In this document: in pieces, positions 26,976-40,112 of the stretch
Position numbering within the stretch: position 1 is the stretch's first letter
How the letters are laid out: each line of letters opens with the position of its first letter
Assembly (NCBI GenBank): GCA_964016885.1
Contig: OZ024748.1
Coordinates: forward strand, 44,020,001 to 44,084,000
Length of the DNA stretch: 64,000 nt
DNA from: Eledone cirrhosa
Taxonomy: Eukaryota
Reading direction: 5' to 3'
Position numbers and translations under genes: made by a program
Notes under the pieces: model-generated
What the model was told of the DNA's origin: nothing
Database searches by the model: none
Seen by the model: the letters and a program-made list of their open reading frames with translations, nothing else

Positions 26976-27315
26976 AAAACAAATCTCGACTGTGGCTTGA
27001 ATCACACAAGCCGAAACTGCTTGGCGCCAGTCAGCATTTTACATATCTCTACCCACTCATCTCCCCATGCATTGAGTACTCCCATGATTAGTGGTCTCCA
27101 CAGTCTCAACACTGTAGACTCTCTCACTCTCTTTATATATATATCATCATCATCCTCATCTTATATTTATAAATATTCATATACATTTATATACATCTTA
27201 TTGTTTAACTGCTACAACCTCGTATCAATTACATAATTGTTGCCATTGAAATGCATATAACAGCAATGATGTATTAATAAAACGATATAAGATTCCAGAA
27301 TACTGCCTTATACTT

Positions 27316-28870
27316 CTACTTGGCATTTGTCGACCTTGAGAAAGCCTTTGACAGAGTTCCACGTGCTGTAATCTGGTGGGCTCTTAGAAAACTAGGAGTA
27401 GATGAACGGCTTGTGAAAGCGGTACAAGCCATGTATAGGGGAGTAGTCAGCAAAGTTAGGATTAGCAATGAGTATAGCGAGGAATTTAGCGTACAGGTTG
27501 GGGTCCACCAGGGCTCTGTTCTTAGCCCCCTCCTGTTCATCATAGTCCTGCAGGCAATAACGGAGGAGTTTAAGACCGGATGCCCATGGGAACTCCTGTA
27601 TGCTGATGACCTCGCACTCATAGCTGAATCTATGGTAGAACTAGAGAAGAAATTCCAAATTTGGAAGCAGGGACGAGAAAGAAAGGGTCTCAAAGTCAAC
27701 ATGACAAAGACTAAGGTCCTTGTAAGTAGACGAGAAAACAGAACCCAGATCCCCTCAGGGAAATGGCCTTGCTCAGTATGTAGGAAAGGTGTAGGTAGGA
27801 ACTCCATTCTCTGCCCCAAATGCAAACAATGGGTACACAAGAGATGTAACGGGATCTCAGGAAGCTTAATTAAGAATGTAGGCTTCACATGCAACAGCTG
27901 TGCTGGGACAGCAAGCAGCAAACAGCCACAGGAAACAAGTACCACCAATCTCTGGGAGGGCCCTGTAGAAACAGTAGACAGCTTCTGCTACCTAGGTGAC
28001 CGAATTAGCAGTGGAGGTGGGTGTTCAGAAAGTACAATAACTAGGGTACGAACGGGATGGAAGAAGTTTAGGGAACTACTACCACTGCTAGCTGCCAAAA
28101 GGCTTCTCCCTCAGAATGAAAGGCAGACTGTATGATGCGTGTATCCGAACAACAATGTTGCATGGTAGTGAGACCTGGGCGCTGAAGGTGGAAGACTTAC
28201 GTAGATTAGAGAGAAACGAAGCCTGCATGCTCCGATGGATGTGTAACAGTAATATACGTGAACGACAAAGCATAAATGAATTGAGAGAGAGACTGAGCAT
28301 AAGAGGAATCAAATGCTGTGTGCAGGAGAGGCGGTTGCGCTGGTATGGACATGTGATGCGTATGAAGGATGACAGCTGCATAAAAAGGTGCAGAGCACTA
28401 GAAGTTGATGGAAACCGCGGAGTGGGGAGACCCAAGATGACCTGGGATGAGGTGATAAAAGCCGACCTTACCCAATTACACCTCTCAAAGACGATGACAC
28501 ACGACCGTGACCTCTGGCGTTACGCAGTAATACAGAGTACCCGACCTCCCATGGGTACAAGCTGAAGCATATAGACAATATGCCCCCCCCCCACCGCCAG
28601 GTGGTAGTGGAGGTGCCACGGCAAAAAAGCACCCAGCCCACACTGTAAAGTGGACTTATAGGCGCCACGAAAAAGCACCCAGCACTCACTGTAAATGAGG
28701 TTGGTGTTAGGAAGGGCATCTAGCTGTAGAAATCAAGCCAAATCAGTTCCTGTATGAGCAAGGCATGGTCAGCCGACCAGACACTGCCCACAACAGGACA
28801 ACCCGTCTAACCCATGCTAGCGTGGAAGAACGGACGTAAAACGGTGATGATGATGATGATGATGATGACT
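27316..28870 (+). mobile_element. RTE (BovB-like) LINE, 5'-truncated
   Basis: FVDLEKAFDRV, GVHQGSVLSP, LYADD, Cys-rich insert, FCYLG, RRLRWYGHV, GRPK.TW; (GAT)n tail. Confidence 0.95.
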
Positions 28871-28895
28871 TCATTTATACATGTGTGTGTATATA

Positions 28896-30946
28896 CAGTG
28901 GGTCCTCGATATACGGTAGTTCTTTATCCGGTAAATTCACAGATACGGTTTTGGGTAATTACTACCATCAATTCTATTTACGGTAAAAAAAATTCATAGA
29001 TACGGTTTTTGGTCGTGTTTTGTTTATATTGTAACGTAGTGCCACCTGAAGTAAGCAATAAATTTCCCCTTGAATTCGTGGAAACTGACTGCTATTCGAA
29101 TTCTAGGAAAATTGTGTTACTACTGCTATCGTACTAACTGACCTTACTGAGAAACTAGCCAATCACGAGCAAATTCAGATATCGGTTGATGATGTCATAA
29201 CTCTTAACTGATCACTTCAGTTCAGCAAACTCTCAGTGAGAGAATTTTTGCCGAACTGAAGTGATCAGTTAAGAGTTATGACTTCATTCAAAGTAAGAGA
29301 AAACCCGACGGCGTATTTTTGGAGCATAATTATCACGGCATATCTTATAACCCCATATCTCATGTCCCCAAAATGTCCTGCGAATATTGCTGGTGCAAAT
29401 GGAAGGGCCAAACGCATGAGGAAGAGCCTGACTTTGGAGATAAAGCTGGAAATTTTGAAAAGGAAGGAACAGGGACAAGTACATCGTAACTTGAGAATGG
29501 GTAGTGCAAAAAACAGGTTATTAATTATGATGAAACAGGACTTTATTGGAAAAAGATGACCAGTAATACTTATATTGACAAGGAGGAGAAAAGTACGAAG
29601 GGGTTCAAAGCCTCAAAGGACCGCATTACTCTGTAACTTGGAGGGAATGCACCAGGAGATTTAAAGCTAAAGCCACTCATTATCTACCATTCAGAAACTC
29701 CCAGAGCACTCAAGGGCAATACCTACCAGTGATATGGAAGTCTAATAAGAAGGCATGGCTGATCACTTCAATTCACCAGGATTTTTTCACCTCATATCTG
29801 TCACCAACCCTTAAGGAATATGCATTAGCTAACAACATTGCCAACCGTTTTCTGCTATTAGTGGACAACACTCCCAGCTACCCACGGGCAATGGAAGACT
29901 GGTCAGAAAATATTGAGGTTTTGTTTCTCCCCCAAAACACCACAGCTCTCATTCAGCTGATGGATCAAACAGTCATCAAAACATTTAAGGCATACTACCA
30001 GTGGAGAACCATGCAGCAGCTGACAAGCCCACAATCACGGAATCGTGGAAATTGTACATCAAGCATGGCTTAGACAACATCAAGGCATCTTGGGAAGAAG
30101 TGAAGCAGTCTACCATGAACTTGGCCTGGAAGAAATTATGGCGAGCATGTGTGAATGACTTCCAAGGCTTTGCTGAGGACATTGGTGCGATAAAAAAAGA
30201 TATTGTAAATCTCTGCCATAGAGCTGGCTTCAATGGTGTTAATGATGATGATGTGCTAGACCTTTTGGAAAGCCACGCTGAACCACTCTCCAATGGTGAA
30301 CTCATAGAACTAGACAAGGCGATACAGGAGACAGAAAAAGAAGAAGAGGAGGAAGAAGAACCTGTGCGTGGCTTGGACATAAATACTCTAAGAGAATGTC
30401 TCAGGAGTATCGAAACAATCTTAGAAACCATGAAGGAGCGTGACCCCAACCCTGCTAGGAGCAGCAAAGTGGCTCAAGATGTCGAGAAAAGCGTCAAGTT
30501 TTACCAAGAAATGTATGAAGCCAAAAGAAACACCGCCAAACAGTCCTCCATCTACTCTTTCTTCAAGCCAGTCACACCTGCCAACCGTGCTACAGCTGGC
30601 CCTTCAACATCCACTGCAGTCAACGAGTTTGTTGGTTTTGAGTCTCCCACATCACCCTCATCCTCCCCCTGCCAACTCAGCCCAAGATGAGTAAGGGCTG
30701 AAACCCATACTGTCCCTTAGCCTCGGGAGGGACAAATGAAGAAGCACATCATCTGATGGACTAGGCGGCATGTGTAAGGTACAGTAAATAAAAAAAAACA
30801 TTATTTCTTTTCTGTAGGTATGACTTTTTCGATGTGCTGGAACGCATCCCTATCTATTTCATGTTATAATGAGTTCTTTATACAGTAATTCGTTATACGG
30901 TAAGGGTTTCAGGAACGCATATATACCATATATCGAGGACTCACTG
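28896..30946 (+). mobile_element. Tigger/pogo DNA transposon (degenerate, internally deleted)
   Basis: TIRs CAGTGGGTCCTCGATATACGGTA / TACCATATATCGAGGACTCACTG with TA TSD. RKSLTLEIKLEI (HTH), WKSNKKAW, LLLVDN, FLPQNTTALIQLMDQ.VI.TFKAYY. Confidence 0.93.
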
Positions 30947-31014
30947 TATTTATATGTTATTAAAAATGAAGAGACTATTCTAGTTTTCCATACTTCAATT
31001 TATTATATCATATA

Positions 31015-32910
31015 TAATAATAATAATAATGAAATTATTGGGTAAAGTGCTCAGGTGCGCTACAACTCATCAAAGGTGTATGTATATATAGTACATAGAA
31101 TAATACACAAATGTCAGGCAAGTGAATAGTGTATGAGTCATGGTATACATGTGTGTATGTGTATGGAGGGGGAACATTAGGTGTAGTGTTAGTGGATCTC
31201 GGGAAGCATGGAGGCCTTAAAGGATGCAGTGTCTCGACAGCTAACAACAGATGCAGGTAGTTTGTTCCATGCTTCAGCAACTCTGAGTGTGAAAAAATGT
31301 TTCCGAAAGTCATGGGAACTGTGCTGTTTTCTGACTTTGTGGGCATGCCCACCTGTGTTAGATACATGGAAATCAAAAAGGTACTCAGGGTTGTTGTTGG
31401 CAAGATGGTTAACAATTTTGTGGGTGTTTACCAAGTCAGTTGCCAGGCATCGGAGCTTCAATGTATCCATGCCCAGGGAAGCAAGGCGTTCAGAGTATGG
31501 TAGATGCCTGATGGAGGGTATTCGCTTGGTTGCACGTCTCTGAACAGTTTCCAGGCGGTCAATGTTCTGAGCAAGATAGGGGTTCCAGACTGGTGATGCA
31601 AATTCTAAGTGTGGCCGCACCATAGCCATGTACAGCTTTAAATAGATAGCCAGAGAGCGGCTGACAAAGGTCTTGCTGAGTGATGCTAAGACACCCTCGG
31701 CCCTCTTGACAATTTTAGAGACGTGCTTCGTCCAACGCAAATCATTGCCGACCGTAATGCCCAGGTCACGTTCACAAGAAGACTTCTTGATATTAGTGCT
31801 GTGGAGGGAGTATGTGGACGTTGGGTTTTTACTCCCAAAATGCATGGTGGTGCACTTGTCCACAGCTAGCTTTAGTTGCCAGTCTGAGATCCATTGTTGC
31901 ATTGTGTCCAGGTCAGATTGAAAGCAAGATCTATAGTGTTCAGGATCTGTCCTTTTTATCTCAAGGTACAGCTTGATGTCGTCTGCGTACTTTAGTACCG
32001 TGGCATTCTTTAAGTTGGCATCTATGTCATTAATATATGCCACAAACAAAAGGTGGTACACCAGATGACATCTCATATGGTGAGGAATGCTGTCCCAAAA
32101 CCGTGACTACCTCCCTTCAACTGAGAATGAAGGACTTCAACCAGTTAAAAAGATCATCCTTCACACCCATTGCAAAGAGTTTTGCCATAAGCCTTTTGTG
32201 TGGCACAGAATTGAAGGCTTTTGCAAAGTCAAGGTAAACAACATCCACCCATGAGCCGCCTTCAGTGATCCGGGTGATGTCCTCAAGAAACTCTATAAGT
32301 TGATCACAGCAGCTGGAGTTGGGGATAAATCCAAATTGCGAGGGCCGGATAAGCCTGTGAGAGCTCCAGAAGTTCCAAAGTGTTTCTCTGACACAGGATT
32401 CCATCAGTTTGGCGATGCAACTAGTAAGACTGACTGGACGATAGTTCACAGGTGATGTGCGGTCACCCTTTTTGAACAGAGGAATGACACTGGCAGTTTT
32501 CCACTGTTCTGGAGTAGCACTGTTGTTCAGACAGAATTGGAAGAAGCGTGATAACTGGTGCAGAAGGAAGTACCCACCACGTTTAAGAAGCAGGTACGTA
32601 ACACGATCAAGACCAGGAGAGGCATGGTTGCGTTTATTTTTTAGGTGACGTCGCAGCATTGCAGGTGTAAATTCCATGGTTGTAATAGAGTCCGGTGTCA
32701 TAGGTGGTGGAGATGGTACACTCTAGTCTTCAATAGTGAAAATGCCTGCATAGCATTCAGCAATGAGCTCTGCGCATTCCTTGGGGTCGTCAGTAACCTG
32801 GCTTGTATGGGGATTGCGAAGAGGACCAACTGGAGAGTGAGGCCTCTGCTTTGAGTGAACATACTTCCAGAACACCTTACTGTCAGGGCTGGTTGCTATG
32901 CGCTGCTAAA
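31015..32910 (-). mobile_element. CR1/L2-group LINE, 5'-truncated
   Basis: SPGLD, YRPVSLTS, QFGF, YLDFAKAFNSVPH, YADD, RDLG, RPHLEFASPVWNP, LETVQRRAT, F..RV..WNKLP; (ATT)n tail. Confidence 0.93.
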
Positions 32911-33347
32911 TATGATATTGTATAATATAATAAATTAAATTATGGAAACATAGAACCATCTCTTCATTTTTAATAACATATATATACTCTGTCAGTTGCC
33001 ATACATGTAATAACAATTCTTACTTATACAGACATTCCAGATGTGGAGTGCTTTTGCATGGTTACACTATGATTTGTTAACTGTGTAGGTCAACTAACAC
33101 AGTTATTTGGACAAAGTATACACATTTTGGTTGGGTCCATAGCTTTGATAGATGACTTTCAGCCAACCACCTGTGAAGCATGTTTAACAGGTCAATAATC
33201 AGTAAAAACAGGTAAATTAAACAGGTAGATTAAATGTATTTTTCTTATTATATACACTCTGCCTGTATTGAATGCTCATATAAGTACCACCACCAGTAAT
33301 TCACTGACTAATACTATATAAAGGTATAAATATAAATATATATATAT

Positions 33348-33500
33348 ACACTGTAAATGTGGTTGGTGTTAGGAAGGGCATCCAGCTGTAGAAAACCTGC
33401 CAGATAGTCCTGTATGAGCGAGACACGGTCACGCGACCTACCTTGCCTCAAGTGGGACAACTCCCGTCTAACCCATGCTAGCGTGGAAGATGATGATGAT
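33348..33500 (+). mobile_element. RTE 3' tail fragment
   Basis: CACTGTAAATGTGGTTGGTGTTAGGAAGGGCATCCAGCTG...CCATGCTAGCGTGGAA(GAT)n. Confidence 0.8.
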
Positions 33501-33724
33501 ATATATACCATATAAACGAAGATGATGATGATATATATACCATTCACCTACCCTTATCTGTTTTCTTATTCAAAAATTATTTCTTGTAAACTCTATATAC
33601 ACCCTCCACTCTCAAGCGTGAAACTAATAATAATATTTGTACTGCCTCTTTACTTCAAGGTTTTTTTGTTTTCTGTTTACTGTCTCAACTTAAAAAAAAA
33701 AAAATATATATATATATATATATA

Positions 33725-35060
33725 TGGGAACTCCTATACGCAGACGACCTGACACTCATAGCGGAATCAATGGCCGAGCTAGAGAAGAAATTCCAAACAT
33801 GGAAGCACGGCCTAGAGTCAAAAGGACTTAAAATTAACCTGGCTAAGACCAAAGTTCTAGTTTGTAGGAAAGAAAACAAGGCGGTGGTCCCTTCTGGGAA
33901 ATGGTCGTGCTCGGTATGTAGGAAAGGCGTAGGTAGAAACTCCATCTTATGTCCTAAATGCAAAGTATGGGTGCATAAAAGATGTAGTGGGATCACAGGT
34001 AAGCTAACTAAGAACATAGACTTTACATGTGGCCGATGTTCTGGTGCAATAAGTAGCAGCAAGTGCCCACAAATACTAGCTCTTTCAATTGCGCAGAGGG
34101 TTCTATAGAAATAGTGGACAGCTTCCGTTACCTGGGCGATAAAATCAGCAGTGGGGGAGGGTGCTCTGAAAGTACTGTAGCTAGAGTCAGAACTGGTTGG
34201 AAAAAGTTCAGAGAGCTTATACCACTATTAGCTGCTAAAGGGTTCTCCCTAAAAATGAAAGGCAGGTTGTACGATGCCTGCATACAAACAGCAATGTTGC
34301 ATGGTAGTGAGACCTGGGCATTGTGTGCAGAGGATATACGCAGACTAGAGAGGAACGAAGCTTGCATGCTCCGCTGGATGTGTAACAGTAATATACGTGA
34401 ACGGCAAAGCATAAACGAACTAAGGAAAAAATTAGAGATAAGAGGGATCAGATGTTGTTTACTCGAGAGAAGGCTGCATTGGTATGGACACGTGATGCGC
34501 ATGAAAGTCGATAGCTGTATTACAAAGTGCAGGGCAATAAAGATAGACGGTAGCCACGGAATAGGCAGACCTAGAAAAACATGGGATGAGCTGATAAACT
34601 CCAACCTCATACACTTACACCTCTCCAAGACAATGTCACTGGACCGTGACCTTTGGCGGTACTCAGTAACAGAGAAGACCCGCCTTGCCAGTAGGCATCT
34701 CTAACAAACTACACCCCGTCCCGCCACCACCCCCACCCCATCCACACCACCCCGTTCCATGTAAAGTTATGTTGGTGCCGCGCCATCCAGGCCGAAACAA
34801 ACGAGATCGTGTAGGTGTCACGACAAAAAAACACACAGTCCACGCTGTAATGTGGCCGTGTAGGCAACACGGTAAAAACCTCCCAGACCCACACTGTAAA
34901 TGTGGTTGGTGTTAGGAAGGGCATCCAACTGTAGAAAACCTGCCAGACAGTCCTATGCGAGCAAGACAATCACTCTTGCCTCAAGTGGGACTACCCCCGT
35001 CCAAACCCATGCAAGCGTGGAACACGGACGTTAAACGTTGATGATGATGATGATGATGAT
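33725..35060 (+). mobile_element. RTE LINE (second subfamily), 5'-truncated
   Basis: WELLYADD, CSVC..CPKC..HKRC..CGRC, FRYLG, GRPRKTW; (GAT)n tail. Nearly identical to 57378-58600. Confidence 0.95.
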
Positions 35061-35066
35061 ATAGGA

Positions 35067-35134
35067 GTAGTTCCACAACAGTTAGTTCACCATACCAAGA
35101 ATATGGTATGGTGAACTAACTGTTGTGGAACTAC
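35067..35134. repeat. Perfect 31-bp-stem hairpin
   Basis: GTAGTTCCACAACAGTTAGTTCACCATACCA, loop AGAATA, then the exact reverse complement. Confidence 0.95.
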
Positions 35135-35219
35135 TTCCACCAAACTCGTCCCATGCACTGAGTGTTCTACTACTATGGACATAACCCACCAGTGTTCTAC
35201 TATTATATACATATATATA

Positions 35220-37970
35220 TCATCATCATCATCATCACCGTTTTATGTCCATTCTTCCACGCTAGCATGGGTTAGACGGGATGTCCTGTTGTGGGCAGTG
35301 TCCGGTTGGCTGACCTTGTCTTGCTCATACGGGAACTGACTCTGGCTTGATTTCTACAGCTGGATGCCCTTCCTAACACCAACCCCATTTACAGTGAGTG
35401 CTGGGTGCTTTTTTGCCGTGGCACCTCCACGACCACTTTGCAGTGTGGGCTGGGTGCTTTTTTGCCATGGCACCTCCACGACCACTTTGCAGTGTGGGCT
35501 GGGTGCTTTTTTGCCATGGCACCTCCACGACCACTTTGCAGTGTGGGCTGGGTGCTTTTTTGCCGTGGCACCTCCATGACCACTTTGCAGTGTGGGCTGG
35601 GTGCTTTTTTGCCATGGCACCTCCACGACCACTTTGCAGTGGGAGGGGGGGGGTGGCATATTGTCTATATGCTTCAGCTTTGGCTTGTACCCGTGGGGGG
35701 GGGGGGGGGTCGGGTCTTCTGTATTACTGCATGATGCCAGAGGTCACGGTCGTGTGTCATCATCTTTGAGAGGTGTAATTGGGTAAGGTCGGCTTTTATC
35801 ACCTCATCCCAGGTCTTCTTGGGTCTCCCCACTCCGCAGTTTCCATCGACTTCTAGTGTCCTGCACCTTTTTATGCAGCTGTCATCCTTCATATGCATCA
35901 TATGTCCATACCAACGCAACCGCCTCTCCTGCACACAGCATTTGATTCCTCTTATGCTCAGTCTCTCTCTCAATTCCTTTATGCTTTGCCGTTCGCGTAT
36001 ATTACTATTACACATCCATCGGAGCATGCAGGCTTCGTTTCTTTCTAATTTATGCAAGTCTTCCACAGTCAGCGCCCAGGTCTCACTACCATGTAACATT
36101 GCTGTTCGTATACACGCATCATACAGTCTGCCTTTCATTTTGAGGGAAAAGCCTTTTGCAGCTAGCAGTTGCAGTAGCTTCCTGAACTTCTTCCAACCCA
36201 TTCGTACCCTAGTTATTGTACTTTCCGAACACCCACCTCCGCTGCTAATTCGGTCACCTAGGTAGCAGAAGCTGTCTACTGTTTCTACAGAGCCCTCCCA
36301 GAGATTGGTGGTACTTGTTTCCTGTGCTGCTTGCTGTCCCAGCACAGCTGCTACATGTGGAGCCTACATTCTTAGTTAAGCTTCCTGAGATCCCGCTACA
36401 TCTCTTGTGTACCCATTGTTTGCATTTGGGGCAGAGAATGGAGTTCCTACCTACACCTTTCCTACATACTAAGCAAGGCCATTTCCCTGAGGGGATCTGG
36501 TCTTAAACTCCTTCGTTATTGCCTGCAGGACTATGATGAACAGGAGAGGGCTAAGAACAGAGCCCTGGTTGACACCGACCTGTATGCTAAATTCCTCGCT
36601 ATAGTCATTGTTAATCCTAACTTTGCTGACTGCTCCCCTATACATGGCTTGTACAGCTTTCACAAGCCATTCATCTACTCCTAGTTTTCTAAGAGCCTAC
36701 CAGATTATAGCACGGGGAACTCTGTCAAAGGCTTTCTCGAGATCGACGAATGCCAGGTAGAGTGGCTTACTTTTAGCTAGGTACTTTTCCTGTAACTGCC
36801 TCACAAGGAAGAGGGCATCAGTGGTGCCTCTTCCTGGCACAAACCCAAATTGTATCTCATTTAGTTTCACCCGGTCCCTAATCAACAGTGCTATAACTCT
36901 TTCTGTTATTTTCATGACCTGGTCCATCAGCTTTATACCTCTATAGTTTCCTCTATCTAGTGCATCACCTTTATCTTTGTAGTAGTTGACAATGATGCTA
37001 CTGCACCAATCCTTTAGTATGACACCTTCTAGTATTACCTGGTTAACAATATGTGTGGTTATAGTGTGACCTACTGACCCAGATGCCTTACTTACTACGC
37101 TGCTGCTGACTTGTACTGCTGGCCCCTCTATAGGGTCTACTTGGGGTAGGGTCTCTTCTTCCCATGCATTCTCCTCATTTAGTAATCTATCATAATGGCT
37201 CTTTCATGCATCTTTCTTCTCAGCACTTGTGAAGGCAAGCTCACCTTTATCATTCCGGATACACTTCTCTCCAATGACATCACAATTCTCTCTCACACAC
37301 TGCCTCGCAATCTTGAACACCTCCTGTTTCTAGTCCTCACGCTGCAAAACATGCTTGAATTTTCTATCCTCTGCATCCCTCCTAGCTAGGTATACTTGTC
37401 GCCTAGCTTCCCCCCTGGTCTCTATGTAATGTACCCTGCTTCCCCCGTTCTTCCATTCTTTCCATGCCTGTCTCTTGGCCTTAACTGCCTCATCTACCTT
37501 ATTGTTCCATCACCAAGTCACTCTCCACCTTCCTGTGGTCTTACTCCAGCCACAGATCTCATCCGTCGCCTCTAGTAAGTTATTTTTTAGGAACTCCCAG
37601 TGCTCTTCTACATTGAATGTCTCTATCTGTTCTTCTTTACTGTCGTAGGCATTGAGTAAAATATCTTTAAATCTGTTACTGGCTGAGGGGTCTTTCAGTT
37701 TCCAGATCTTTCTTCTCCAGGCTGGCTTCTGTTTCCAGGTTCATCTAGTTCTGACCGTGAGGTCGCTGACAACTAAGCTATGTTGGGAAGTACATTCCTC
37801 ACTAGGGAAGGCTTTTGTGTTTACGATCGTCCATCAGTCACGTCCTCTGATGAGGATAAAATCTATCTGACTAGAATGCTCCCCTGATCTATAGGTGATC
37901 AGGTGGTTATTGGGTTTTTTGAAGTTTGTGTTACATATCGACATGTCATTGGCGTCGCAGAATTCTAGAA
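35220..37970 (-). mobile_element. RTE LINE (same subfamily as 27316), from the APE C-terminus to the tail, with internal deletions
   Basis: LEFCDANDM..NTNFKK..LITYRSG..SQIDF, QFGFVPGRGTTDA, FVDLEKAFDRV; YADD region deleted at ~36500; (GAT)n tail. Confidence 0.95.
35395..35642. repeat. ~49-bp tandem repeat x5 in RTE 3' UTR
   Basis: GCTGGGTGCTTTTTTGCCRTGGCACCTCCACGACCACTTTGCAGTGTGG repeated. Confidence 0.9.
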
Positions 37971-38318
37971 GTATACACACACACAAATATAAATGAAGTA
38001 TAATGCAGTATTCTGGAATCTTATATCGTTTTATTAATTACATCCTTGCTGTTATATGCATTTCAATGGCAACAATTATGTAATTGATACAAGGTTGTAA
38101 CAGTTAAACAATAAACTATATATAAATGTATAAGAGAAAGAGCAAGAATGAAGGGTTCATTCTACTAACATGGCTTTAAAAATGAGGCTTGTTTGCATAA
38201 TTGCAAACGAATCGAATGTTATTATTAATATTTGAAAAACTCAGATTACATTTGTATATATAATCATATCTGGGAAATGCAAACAAGATTAAAAAAATCT
38301 TTACTTAATCACTTTACT

Positions 38319-38391
38319 GTCCCTACTGCAGTTTCATTGAGAAAGTAACAATACTCTGAGTATTGTGAGAAATCTCAAATCATCAGGAGAC
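38319..38391 (-). ncRNA. Type I hammerhead ribozyme, intact core, long helix II
   Basis: GTCTC-CTGATGA-T-TTGAGA...CAATACTC A GAGTATTG...TCTCAA-T-GAAA-CTGCAG-TA-GGGAC. Helix III is the palindrome ACTGCAGT; GUA site. Confidence 0.85.
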
Positions 38392-38906
38392 TTTCTCAGT
38401 GAAGAAAGAAAATTCAAGACAGAAAAATTCCTCCTTGCTCGCTATCAGTGAAAATTTCAAATGGAAGAACTATCATGTGATATGTGACCAACAGGAGGGT
38501 AGTAAGGTGGACATTGGCAGGTTGTGTGCTACGAGAAAAAGTAGTCCGATTCAGCCAAATTTTGACTCTACCATACTAAGAGCAAAATTTAATATCAGTT
38601 GGATTCCTTTGTATGCATCTATACTTGTGTAAAGATATATATATTCCTTCATTTAATTTATATATATATATTTATAAATATATATATATATATATATATA
38701 GTATTAATTTACTATTTATGGTTATGTAAATACAAAAACCTTTTGCAGTTATATGTATTTTTTATACAAACCCTAAATAGTGGTAGGCAGTAATGTATTA
38801 CTACCTTATTACCAGTAAGATAAGTAGCTCAATGTAAAAGCATCAGATGATTTACAGAGCAGTTATATGAAATATAAGAATCAAAGAACTGTTCAAAACA
38901 TTATTG

Positions 38907-38953
38907 TGCTTACAGCTGTTTCCTCCAAACCGAGGTTTGGATTCTTCTGAGCA
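38907..38953 (-). ncRNA. Hammerhead motif, U4A variant
   Basis: Reverse complement of 39731-39777. Confidence 0.7.
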
Positions 38954-39730
38954 ATTTATTAATGAATGGACAGTTATATGACCTCCTTTTCAGCCAAGAG
39001 AAATACCGATACACATGCAAATATTGTGGGTCAACATTCATTACAGCATTTAGAGTGGCAGTACACACTTCGAGATTACATTCATATTAAAAGGTACAAT
39101 CAAAAATCAAAAATACAGGTTAAAATACAACATGAAGATAAGCGGTTATATAGTGCAAATGTTATATGTGTGGCAAGCACGTGCGTCTTGTTTATATAGT
39201 GTGGCAGAGAGTTACGTGTAGTAGGAGCACTTAGGTAGGTAAACAAGAGTGTTAGGTTGGTTGATCTGGTGGGGCAGTAATGTATTACTACCTTATTACC
39301 AGTAAGATAAGTAGCTCAATGTAAAAACATCATATTTTTAATGCTTGCACTATTTTTAATGCTTATATCATTTCTCCACACACAGACTATAACAATCATA
39401 TAAAGAATTTGCCACCAGATCAACCAACCTAACACTCTTGTTTACCTACCTAAGTGATCCTACTACACGTAACTCTCTGCCACACTATATAAACAAGACG
39501 CACGTGCTTGCCACACATATAACATTTGCACTATATAACCGCTTATCTTCATGTTGTATTTTAACCTGTATTTTTGATTTTTGAATGTACCTTTTAATAT
39601 GAATGTAATCTCGAAGTGTGTACTGCCACTCTAAATGCTGTAATGAATGTTGACCCACAATATTTGCATGTGTATCGGTATGTCTCTTGGCTGAAAAGGA
39701 GGTCATATAACTGTCCATTCATTAATAAAT

Positions 39731-39777
39731 TGCTCAGAAGAATCCAAACCTCGGTTTGGAGGAAACAGCTGTAAGCA
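39731..39777 (+). ncRNA. Hammerhead motif, U4A variant
   Basis: TGCT-CAGAAGA-A-TCCAAACC TC GGTTTGGA-G-GAAA-CAGCTG-TA-AGCA. Confidence 0.7.
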
Positions 39778-40112
39778 CAATAATGTTTTGAACAGTTCTT
39801 TGATTCTTATATATTTCATATTTCATATATTTCATATATTTCATATATATATATACATATATATATATATAAATTAAATGAAGAAATATATATACATATA
39901 TAGTAGGTGTATCTATGAAATCATATACAAATTTGTTTATATATAATAAACATATAAGAGTCGGGTTTTGAATTTTTTTTTAAAAGAGGAGATCATGTCA
40001 TAGCTATTTCAGTAGCGTAGAGCATGCCAGGTAACTGTTTCTGGATTGTTATTTGTCATCAGTGCTATTTACTCACTTCCTACTGAGACAAAATGGGTTA
40101 AAGCCTACATGG

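Larger units (their letters stand above)
38787..39812. mobile_element. Complex tandem/inverted non-coding PLE-like insertion
   Basis: ~400-bp inverted repeat 38870-39270 / 39412-39812; ~55-bp direct repeat at 38787 and 39273; each arm carries a hammerhead. Confidence 0.75.

Noticed and set aside
35395-35642. CRISPR-like periodic repeat
   Set aside because: Contiguous tandem units without unique spacers, inside a eukaryotic LINE UTR. The same holds for 40905-41146 and 6182-6350.
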